A DNA stretch of 64,000 nt from Thermoplasmata archaeon (lineage in GTDB: Archaea; Thermoplasmatota; Thermoplasmata; RBG-16-68-12; JAFNFQ01): contig JBGPQV010000011.1 in NCBI GenBank assembly GCA_041489255.1, positions 1 through 64,000 on the forward strand, written 5' to 3'. Shown one piece after another: positions 50,173 through 58,301 of this stretch. The position numbers were made by a program, and so were the translations under genes. The notes beneath the pieces are model-generated. The model did no database searches and had not been told where the DNA came from. It worked only from the letters and a program-made list of their open reading frames with translations. The first letter of the stretch is position 1. Every line of letters begins with the position of its first letter.

Positions 50173-51048
50173 CTAGTGTCTGATCCTCATTTCCTCCAGA
50201 CAGCTCTCGAAGCTGTTCATTGAGACGCCAAGCTTGGCCTCGATCTTCGTCGTTGATAAACATAGTTTGCGCGGGAGCAAGGCACCGAGCCCCGTATCCC
50301 CAAGGGTTGTTGGTTCCAGCCTTTCTTCGTCCAAGCCGAAGGCCTCGCAGACTCGCTTCCCCATTTCAAATCTGTTCAGTCGAGAACTGGTCGCGATGTG
50401 GAATATCCCTGATTCATCATTCCGCAGCAGATCGAATACATGTTCCGCGACCTTGGGCGCATACGACGGGGTTGCCCACTGATCAACCGGCAGGTCCACC
50501 TCCTGACCGCACCTGATTTTGTGCACGATTGATGTGACCTCGTTCTCCCTCGGCCTCAGCCTGTTCCATCCGAAGTCCTCGCACGTCCTGATTGCAAGCG
50601 AGTCGGGGAGAGTCTCCATGACGCTGTTCTCCCCTTCTAGCCTGGTCCTTCCAAGGATATTAACCGGGTTCGCCTTTGAATCCTCTGCGTAAGGACCTGA
50701 TTCGCAATTGAACACATGGACCGTGGAGAATAACGCCATCTTCGCGCCAATCGACCTGCAGACCTTCGCGATAACAAGAGGCGCCTCGGAGTTCACCTGC
50801 ATCGCTCTCATGGGGTTGGATTCGCACTCCGCTATCGAGGTCATCGCGGCGGGCAAGATGACGATGTCTGGTCTCCTTTCTGAAATCATGGTCTTCACTG
50901 CTTCGAAATCAGTCAAATCCAGTCTCTCCAGTCCCGCCACTTCCTCCGAGTAATATGTCCCTGTCACCGAATACCGCCTCGCCTCCGCCTCGTTCAGAAG
51001 GTGCTGCCCCAGGAGCCCACTCGCCCCGATGATGAGAACCTCGGTCAT
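50173..51048 (-). CDS. RmlD-like SDR (dTDP-4-dehydrorhamnose reductase family) with degenerate catalytic motif
   Basis: GASGLLG, DQWATPSY; LGRTR in place of YxxxK. Confidence 0.85.
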   Translation of the reverse strand: MTEVLIIGASGLLGQHLLNEAEARRYSVTGTYYSEEVAGLERLDLTDFEAVKTMISERRPDIVILPAAMTSIAECESNPMRAMQVNSEAPLVIAKVCRSIGAKMALFSTVHVFNCESGPYAEDSKANPVNILGRTRLEGENSVMETLPDSLAIRTCEDFGWNRLRPRENEVTSIVHKIRCGQEVDLPVDQWATPSYAPKVAEHVFDLLRNDESGIFHIATSSRLNRFEMGKRVCEAFGLDEERLEPTTLGDTGLGALLPRKLCLSTTKIEAKLGVSMNSFESCLEEMRIRH

Positions 51049-51397
51049 GCGACGACGGACCGGCGGCGGGAGGTCAAAACTTTTGTCCCGCCAGAATCCG
51101 AGATGATTCTCACCGATAACACGATGCATCGCACGACGCCGGTTCGGCGGGTCCTCTGCCACTCCTTTTTACTTTCCGTTCTGATGGCGGGAGGCCGTAT
51201 CCTTCCTTCCCTCCCTTAAAGTACGTCTGTGCGGCGGCTTTGGCGGTCATTTATGCTCCGAATCTGATCATCTGACGACCGATTTCGACTCTCTCACGAC
51301 CGTCGCCGGACAGGTGCTAGCCTGCGGAAGCGAGATTCCTGTTCCGGAGGTCGGAGGCGGCCGTCAGGGCCTTTCTGACAATCTTCCATCGGACTCT

Positions 51398-51542
51398 TTC
51401 CGGCTCTCCGAGACCCGGTTCCGGCTCGCGGAGAACCGACGCAGACCGCCAGCGACCCGGTTCTGCCGCCGGGGGACGGCGACAGTTGACCGGGACTCAC
51501 CGCACGCCGTCACCGGCGCGGTTCCGGCTCTCCGAGAGAGAG
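51398..51542. repeat. Degenerate 21-bp-period tandem repeat
   Basis: TTCCGGCTCTCCGAGA-type units at 51398, 51419 and 51522, weaker unit at 51461. Confidence 0.6.
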
Positions 51543-51693
51543 ATACGGCGTGCGGGAGGTTACTTTCGAGGGCATGAACATCGGCTGTTCGCGGGGGAAG
51601 CTCAAGCATAGTGCCCCGCATGCCGCAATCGTCGGGGAATCACCCGGCCTCGTTCGACTACTTCGTCACAGATTCCTTCCACGAAACGCCCCA

Positions 51694-51869
51694 CTCCCAC
51701 AGCCCCCTCGACCCACCGAGGAGCGATGTCCCTCTTCCCGGCAATCGGATGAGCTGACTCAATCCCGCCTCCCTCACGTCTATCATCCATGCGCCTTGCC
51801 CCCCCCCCTCAGCCCGGGCGGAGGGTGGGAATCGCGGTTTCTCCAAGAAGGTGATCACTGGATTTGACA
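51694..51869 (-). mobile_element. Decayed remnant of a related IS481 element (one end plus transposase 5' region)
   Basis: CTCCAAGAAGGTGATCACTGGATTTGACA resembles the intact IS end at 49514; upstream ~150 bp aligns by eye with ~49345-49490. Confidence 0.78.
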
Positions 51870-51914
51870 ATGATGATTTGGAACACAAGGATTATCTAGA
51901 CCGTGGCACATATA

Positions 51915-51935
51915 TGTCATATGACAATTATGTCA
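51915..51935. promoter_or_regulatory. Overlapping palindromic operators at the start of the wHTH gene
   Basis: TGTCATATGACA perfect palindrome and TGACAATTATGTCA overlapping ATG 51930. Confidence 0.6.
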
Positions 51936-52223
51936 ACCATATCCATTCCCAAGCAAATCATCGGTCCTGCCCCCGTTCTCACGACTCTCCATCAAATAGA
52001 GCTGATACTCAGAGACGCCGCCGCAAAGGACGCGGGGCCGTTGAGCCTCGCGGAGATCAAGAGGCGCATGCAGGCGAAGAGTGTGAGACATTTCACCGTT
52101 CGCACCTGCATCGACGAGCTGAAACGGTTGCACTTGGTGACTGAGGACGAGAAGAGGGGCGTGATGTGGACCCTCCATGAGGATCCGAAGTTCTGGCGCA
52201 AGAAGGGTCTGATCAAGCTCTGA
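51930..52223 (+). CDS. Small winged-helix-like protein (putative antitoxin/regulator)
   Basis: 97 aa; LSLAEIKRRM...TVRTCIDELKRLHLV helix-turn-helix-wing pattern. Confidence 0.65.
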   Translation: MSTISIPKQIIGPAPVLTTLHQIELILRDAAAKDAGPLSLAEIKRRMQAKSVRHFTVRTCIDELKRLHLVTEDEKRGVMWTLHEDPKFWRKKGLIKL

Positions 52224-52251
52224 TTGTCTGTCACCCTCAGGAGGGATTCAA

Positions 52252-52548
52252 TTGCAGGAAATCGATGTTGTTGTCGATGAAGGTGAATTCCTCAAGGCGG
52301 GAGATATGCAGCGACGCGAGCTCCCCCAGTTGGCAAGGCGCCTGAAATCAGAACCTTTCCTCGGAGACCGCATCCCCCGCCGCCTCATGCCGAGGGAATT
52401 CAAAGGCCTGCCAAAACTGTTCCTCCTCGGACTCCCCGACGGCTGGCGGGCGCTCTGCACGGTGGCGAGCAATCCCTCAGAAGGCGCGCAGGTCAGGATA
52501 TTGTGGATAGGTTCGCATTCCCGCTACGATCGCCTTTTCGGATATTGA
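52252..52548 (+). CDS. RelE/ParE-like putative toxin
   Basis: 98 aa; PFLGDRI...LPDGWRAL...ILWIGSHSRYDRLFGY pattern; AGGAGG RBS. Confidence 0.6.
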   Translation: MQEIDVVVDEGEFLKAGDMQRRELPQLARRLKSEPFLGDRIPRRLMPREFKGLPKLFLLGLPDGWRALCTVASNPSEGAQVRILWIGSHSRYDRLFGY

Positions 52549-52560
52549 TGAAACCGAATA

Positions 52561-53223
52561 TTATCTCCATCCCTCGGCTCCTACCAGCGGCACGAATGCG
52601 CAAGGCGTGCCCCATCGTATGTCGACCTCTTCTGTCTCCAGCCTCGTCGCCACCGCCAATGTCTGATTGAACGTTGAGCTGCCTATCGGAGCGACGATTT
52701 TCCCGCCAACCTTCGCCTGCGCTATCCATGACTTGGGAATCCTCGGAGCCCCCGCGGTCGCCATGATCAAGTCATACGGGGCCTCCGGCTCGTGACCGCG
52801 CGTCCCGTCCCCCATGATGACCTTCACCTTGCCGTATCCCGTGCGCGTCAGGTTCCCGCCGCCCCATTCGACCAGCTCCGGGTACCTCTCGATGGTCAGC
52901 AGGTTCTCCTGCCCGACGAGCTCCGCGAGCAGTGCGGCGTTGTACCCCGAGCCGGTACCTATCTCGAGCGTCTTCATGCCGCGCCGAATCTCAGCCTCCT
53001 CCAGCATTATCGCGATCATGCTCGGGGCCGATATCGTCTGGCCGCAGAGGATCGGCAGCGGGTTGTCGGCGTAGGAATATCCTCGGTTGTCCTCGGTCAC
53101 GAATTCCTCTCGCGGGACCGCCAGGAAAGCCCTCTCGACCTCAGCGCTCTTGATGTAGCCCTCCCTCTTCAGAGACTCGACGAGACGCTCTCTGCGAGTC
53201 TTGAAATCTGGAGGACCGCGCAT
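52561..53223 (-). CDS. pcm: Protein-L-isoaspartate O-methyltransferase
   Basis: GQTISAP, LEIGTGSGYNAA, APYD and FVPL. Confidence 0.95.
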   Translation of the reverse strand: MRGPPDFKTRRERLVESLKREGYIKSAEVERAFLAVPREEFVTEDNRGYSYADNPLPILCGQTISAPSMIAIMLEEAEIRRGMKTLEIGTGSGYNAALLAELVGQENLLTIERYPELVEWGGGNLTRTGYGKVKVIMGDGTRGHEPEAPYDLIMATAGAPRIPKSWIAQAKVGGKIVAPIGSSTFNQTLAVATRLETEEVDIRWGTPCAFVPLVGAEGWR

Positions 53224-53258
53224 AGCGGTGATTCAATCTCCCGCCATCTATTTAGAAT

Positions 53259-54530
53259 CTACATCAGGGAGACGAGCCAGAGCACCGCAGTCGCGGCGAC
53301 GAGCGTGGCGGCAGCCACGAACAGCCCCGCCCTCACGAAATCCTTCATCCTGATCTGCACCCCTTGGCTGGAAGCGGACTGAGCGACGATCACGTTCGCG
53401 GCGGCACCGAGAATCGTCGCGTTCCCCGCCAGGGTGGACGATGCAGCGAGGGTCAGCCAAGCGACAGTGGTGTGCCCCGCGAAAGTAGTGCCGACCGTCG
53501 GCGAGAGCAGCAGCACCGCGGGGACGTTGCTGATCAGGTTCGACAGCAGCGCGCTGAGCCCGGAGAATCCCCAGAGCCCAGCGCCACCGCCGGTCGCGGA
53601 CTGGAACCCGCCTATGATCGAGTCGAGGAGGCCCGACACCTCCACGCCCTTGAGCAGGATGAACAAACCGATGAAGAAGAGGAGGATAGACCAGTCGACG
53701 CGCTTGGTCAGCCCGTCATAGGTCGCCTTGGCGAAAAGCGGGAGGCATAGGAGGACCACCGCCCCGCCGATGAACGCGATGAGCGGGAGCCACTGCGGGT
53801 CAGTCGTGAGGAACGCGACAACCGCCCAGAAAAGGACGACGAGCACGAAGACGAGTCCGGTCTTCTGGATCATCGGTTTCCGGAGGGGGACGGCCGACTC
53901 CGGGCGGGAAATCGGGTTCGCCAGGTCCTTCCTGAATGCGAGCCAAGTGATCGGGATCGCGAGCGCGAGGCACATGGCGGTGATCGGGACCATGTAAGCG
54001 CTGTACGTCATGAACGGGATTCCGGACGAGATGCCGATGAAGGCGTTCTGCGGGTTGCCGACCTCGGTGGCCACGCTCCCGACGTTGGCGGCGATAGCCT
54101 CTCCGACCAGGAATGGAACAGGTTTGAGGCCGAGGCTCCTGCAGCTCTTGATCACTATCGGCGTCATTAACAACACGATCGTGTCATTGAGCACGAGGGC
54201 GGACAAGACCGCTGTGGCAATCATGAGCATCGCGAGGAAGTGAGGGCCGCTGCGAGCCCGTGCCGCCGCCCGGATCGACACATAGTCGAAGAAGCCGCAG
54301 ACTTCGAGGCCCGCCACCATGAGCATCATGCCGAGCAGGAGCAGGATGACATTGAGATTGATCGACTGCATAGCTTGTGATGGGCTGACGATGCCGAACC
54401 CGACCATGAGCGCCGCGCCGAACAGCGCCACGGCGGGCATCTCGACGGAGACCCGCCCGATCCGCCTGACGGAAATCAGGACGTAGGTCAGCACGAAAAT
54501 GATTGCGGCAGCGTACAGCGCGTACGACAC
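53259..54530 (-). CDS. ArsB/NhaD (SLC13/CitMHS-like) anion permease
   Basis: LNDT, ANVGS...GNPQN, SNVPA and AGNATILGAAAN; GTG start inferred. Confidence 0.88.
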   Translation of the reverse strand: MSYALYAAAIIFVLTYVLISVRRIGRVSVEMPAVALFGAALMVGFGIVSPSQAMQSINLNVILLLLGMMLMVAGLEVCGFFDYVSIRAAARARSGPHFLAMLMIATAVLSALVLNDTIVLLMTPIVIKSCRSLGLKPVPFLVGEAIAANVGSVATEVGNPQNAFIGISSGIPFMTYSAYMVPITAMCLALAIPITWLAFRKDLANPISRPESAVPLRKPMIQKTGLVFVLVVLFWAVVAFLTTDPQWLPLIAFIGGAVVLLCLPLFAKATYDGLTKRVDWSILLFFIGLFILLKGVEVSGLLDSIIGGFQSATGGGAGLWGFSGLSALLSNLISNVPAVLLLSPTVGTTFAGHTTVAWLTLAASSTLAGNATILGAAANVIVAQSASSQGVQIRMKDFVRAGLFVAAATLVAATAVLWLVSLM

Positions 54531-54703
54531 GCTCCCGCGAACTCCATTGCGGCATATTGATTTCTCTCTGAGACTGATTCGCGAACACTTATATACCCCC
54601 CCAACTTTGGCCGCTGTACTTTGGCCTATTCGGCCCTCTTTACTAGAGGGAGAAAGGCCACAAGTGACTAGGTTTCCAGCAGAGACTGGAGGAGTGAACA
54701 ACA

Positions 54704-57700
54704 ATGAAGACCCCAGGAATGAGAACATTCGGGGCACTTTTCCTAGTGCTCCTGTTCCTCATGGGAGCATGGGTAGTGCACCCCGAAGGGAGCGTGCAAG
54801 CGCAGCAGGGAAAGCCGATACAGGGAGTAATCGCTCAAGATGGCAACGTAACGATCGTCCCTGACGCGACTGTCACGCTCATCAACGTTCACTCTCTCGT
54901 CAACCTGACCGCAACGACCGGCCGGGGAAACGGGAAGCTGTACAAGTTCACCGATGCCACGCCTGGCTACTACTCCATCAAGGTCACCGCGAGCGGCTAT
55001 TTCGATGGCGGTACCAAGCAGCCGTTCAGGTATGATGGATACACCCTGATCCAGCTGGACTTCAACCTGACGAAATGGCCGGACAGGAACAATAGTCTGG
55101 ACGTGCTCGTCACCGATACATACCATACAGCGCACAACGAAAGCGTCTACTTCCCGCGGTATAATGTCGCTGGCGAGGAGACGGTCACGACCTTTGTCCC
55201 GGATTACATAACCCTCGCCAACACGCCGGTCGTGCGGATAACGAGTCTGTACTTCACTGATTCCTACACAGGAGAGAAGAGGTTCCTTTTTTCAAATGAG
55301 TATCAATTCCCACCACCATACCAATGGAACGGACGCGTCAACATAACGAATTCCACTCTCGCGGGAAAGCTGGCGCAACAAGGCCCGATCTATTCCCTGA
55401 CGGCCAAGTACATATACACAGCCACAACCGGACAGCTCAATCACACCCCTGTCGCGGAAATGCCCTACATGGTTTTCAAGAACAGCAACGTCTGGGATCC
55501 GGTCAGCGGAGACTGGGACGTGGACATCAACCTCGGCACGCTGACCATCAACAGGAACCTCGTCTGGGGCTCTGATAGCGTCTCGATGAGCTGGGACAGC
55601 ACAGAAGGCCTTTCGGGCGCAAGAGTCACCCTATATGAAACGGTCAGGAAGCAGGTCATCGACGGCCGGAACAGCAACGGCCAGGGTTGGGCGAACTTCA
55701 GCGTCTGGACCGGCAACTGGGAGGTCTGGGCATCCAAGGCGGACTACGAGACGACCGTGAAGCAGTTCGCCGTGCCGAGCAACCAGACCGTGAGAGTTGC
55801 GATGCCTTCCGGCATCTATGTGGACGGTTCCATCTCCGACAGAGTCATCGGCTTTCTGACCGATGACTCTAAGTTCCACGCTGTGGCCTACCTCTACAAC
55901 ATAAACCCGCTCACTCCACCTGTGAGAAAGGTGGTGAAAGCCACAGTCACCAAGGGCACCTTCACATTCGGGGCGTACCCGGGACAGTTCCTTCTCATCG
56001 TCGATGCTGACTGGCACAAGGCAAGCGTGACTCGATTGGACATCGGCACTGAGGGAATGACCGTACCGACCATCTACCTGGACGTCTCGATAGAGGAGAA
56101 GGTGGACGCCGTCATGGCCTTCAAGCAAGACAACTGGAGTCTCATGAGCGTCTACCAGAACTACACCCTCAACAGGGACAGCCAGATACCAGGCCTCGAA
56201 CTGTCGTTCATCCGAGATGCGTTCCTGCAGATCGACTACGCTTTGGGAAACAGGGACGGGACACTGACCAGTGACGAGGTGAACAAGTTCGGCGCGTCTG
56301 TGCAGCAGAACGGCAGTTCGTACATCGACACGGACGGACTCTTGACGACCAATGGCTACAAGTACCTCTCCAATGAAATCAGCGACATCAGCAGTGCCGA
56401 CACGGAGTTCACAGCCACGCCCGACATCGATTTGACTCAATCGAGGTCGCAGCCGATATGGATCAACACGACCACGCTCTACACAGTGAAAGACGTGTCC
56501 TATATCCCGTACATGAAGCCCCAGTACTACGTGAACTTCACCGGCGCCTGGGACACCAACACCACCGTCTACCGCAATAACACGTACACAGTCGACCTGC
56601 CGCACCGCTACGAGATGACCTCCACGACCTCCAAGAGCCCCGGCCTGGAAATCAAGAACTTCACGAGGATCGAACTCGACCCCGGGACAGGCACGGGCAA
56701 CCCGACCGCCAACATGATAATCAAGCTCTCGGCGAACGGCACCGCCAGGGCGAGGGTCAAGGGTCCCGCGGGCAACTTCCAGGAGCTCAACACGAGCCTG
56801 GACAACTACACCGCGGTCGTCATGGCATCGTACAACATCACCTACTCCGCCGACCAGAGCACGGACCCGATCGGTAAGATCTCCGACGCGAACTTCACGT
56901 GGTTCTTCGGCATCGCGGGCGATTACCGCTATGGCATGGACGCCGTCTACAACTACACGGCGGGTGGGCGGCACGACAACTGCATGCTCACGATCCGAGA
57001 GGCTGGCGGCAACATCACGACCAGACCGTTCCACTTAATCGTGGACGACACGCCACCAATCGCCCGCCTGTGGGCCAACAGGTCGGCCGGCGGTTCCACC
57101 GCGATCGCGAACGGCACGACGCTCAGGGTCAACGAGAGTGCGATGACCAGATTCGACTCGCTCAGGTCGATCGACAAGACGTACCTCAGCTACGACGGCA
57201 GCATCGCGAGCGCGCACTGGGACTTCAACGGGGACGGCATCGAGGACGGTGTCCAGTCGCCGGGCAAGATAGTCAACCACAGCTTCGAGACTCCTGGAAA
57301 CTTCACTCTGAAGATGTGGGTCTTCGACTCGGTTGGCCACAGGTCGGTCAACGCGACGATGAATATCATCGTCAACGACACTACCCCGCCTAGCATCAAC
57401 TTCGTCGTGTACGATTCCGCGACGGCGACGACCCCGGTCACGCAGCTCACAGAGGGCATCCCGTACTTCTTCAATGCAACATCGAGCACGGACAATTACG
57501 ACAGCCTCGCCAATCTCACCTTCACCTGGGACTTTGGCGACGGCTCCGCCAACATCACGGGATTAGGTCGAAACGGTGCCTACAACGTGACGCACATTTA
57601 CGCCGTCTTCAACAACTCGTACAAGGTCAAGCTGAACGTCAGCGACACCGGCTTCTACCAGAACACGCCAAACTACGACGTGCTGACCAAAGATCTGACC

Positions 57701-58273
57701 GTGCAAGCCTCGATCACGAAGAGGCCGAGCATATCGATCAAGCTGGGTTCGTTCTCGGCCAACCCGAGCAACCCGGAGGAGGGCCAGGACGTCACGATCA
57801 CCGTGACCGTGAACAACGACAAATCGCACGGCCGCGCGTCGAACGTCGGCGTCAAACTCTCCGTGCGCACAGGCTCGACGTATTCCGAGGTCTCGATAAG
57901 CCCGAAGTTCCTCAACAACTCGGTCGAGGTCAACAACAGCCTCGAACCCGGGCAGGACAAGCAGATACGGTTCGTCTGGAAAGCCGACACGACAGGCTCG
58001 AGGAGCCTGAAGGTGACGGTGACGGATCCGGAGGAGCCCTACACCTGGGCTGATGACAACAAAATCGAGGGCACCGTGAACGTCAAGGAAGCCGGCTGGA
58101 AGATGCCCCTGATCATCTTCGGGTTCATCTTCGTCATCTTCGGCATACCGATCCTCTGGTATGTCATCAAGAGGATCAGGGCCGGAGAGTTGAAGCTGCC
58201 GAGGCGCAAGAAGGGCGAGGAAGGGGAGTCGAAGAAGGAAGAGGTCGAGAAGAAGGAGAAGAAGCGCCTCTAG
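54704..58273 (+). CDS. Large surface glycoprotein with carboxypeptidase-regulatory-like, PKD and CARDB domains and TM anchor
   Basis: Signal peptide, WDFGDG PKD motifs, many N-x-S/T sequons, TM plus K/E-rich tail. Confidence 0.85.
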   Translation: MKTPGMRTFGALFLVLLFLMGAWVVHPEGSVQAQQGKPIQGVIAQDGNVTIVPDATVTLINVHSLVNLTATTGRGNGKLYKFTDATPGYYSIKVTASGYFDGGTKQPFRYDGYTLIQLDFNLTKWPDRNNSLDVLVTDTYHTAHNESVYFPRYNVAGEETVTTFVPDYITLANTPVVRITSLYFTDSYTGEKRFLFSNEYQFPPPYQWNGRVNITNSTLAGKLAQQGPIYSLTAKYIYTATTGQLNHTPVAEMPYMVFKNSNVWDPVSGDWDVDINLGTLTINRNLVWGSDSVSMSWDSTEGLSGARVTLYETVRKQVIDGRNSNGQGWANFSVWTGNWEVWASKADYETTVKQFAVPSNQTVRVAMPSGIYVDGSISDRVIGFLTDDSKFHAVAYLYNINPLTPPVRKVVKATVTKGTFTFGAYPGQFLLIVDADWHKASVTRLDIGTEGMTVPTIYLDVSIEEKVDAVMAFKQDNWSLMSVYQNYTLNRDSQIPGLELSFIRDAFLQIDYALGNRDGTLTSDEVNKFGASVQQNGSSYIDTDGLLTTNGYKYLSNEISDISSADTEFTATPDIDLTQSRSQPIWINTTTLYTVKDVSYIPYMKPQYYVNFTGAWDTNTTVYRNNTYTVDLPHRYEMTSTTSKSPGLEIKNFTRIELDPGTGTGNPTANMIIKLSANGTARARVKGPAGNFQELNTSLDNYTAVVMASYNITYSADQSTDPIGKISDANFTWFFGIAGDYRYGMDAVYNYTAGGRHDNCMLTIREAGGNITTRPFHLIVDDTPPIARLWANRSAGGSTAIANGTTLRVNESAMTRFDSLRSIDKTYLSYDGSIASAHWDFNGDGIEDGVQSPGKIVNHSFETPGNFTLKMWVFDSVGHRSVNATMNIIVNDTTPPSINFVVYDSATATTPVTQLTEGIPYFFNATSSTDNYDSLANLTFTWDFGDGSANITGLGRNGAYNVTHIYAVFNNSYKVKLNVSDTGFYQNTPNYDVLTKDLTVQASITKRPSISIKLGSFSANPSNPEEGQDVTITVTVNNDKSHGRASNVGVKLSVRTGSTYSEVSISPKFLNNSVEVNNSLEPGQDKQIRFVWKADTTGSRSLKVTVTDPEEPYTWADDNKIEGTVNVKEAGWKMPLIIFGFIFVIFGIPILWYVIKRIRAGELKLPRRKKGEEGESKKEEVEKKEKKRL

Positions 58274-58301
58274 CTTCCTCTCCATCTTTTCTTTTATTTC
58301 C
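58274..58301 (+). terminator. Pyrimidine/T-rich archaeal-type terminator between convergent genes
   Basis: CTTCCTCTCCATCTTTTCTTTTATTTCC directly after the stop codon. Confidence 0.4.

Noticed and set aside
51300-51545. CRISPR array
   Set aside because: Units are contiguous, degenerate and about 21 bp, with no unique spacers; no cas genes
55631-57034. Long antisense ORFs (also 36206-37318, 43211-44125, 22625-23587)
   Set aside because: Shadow ORFs opposite well-supported genes, expected in high-GC DNA
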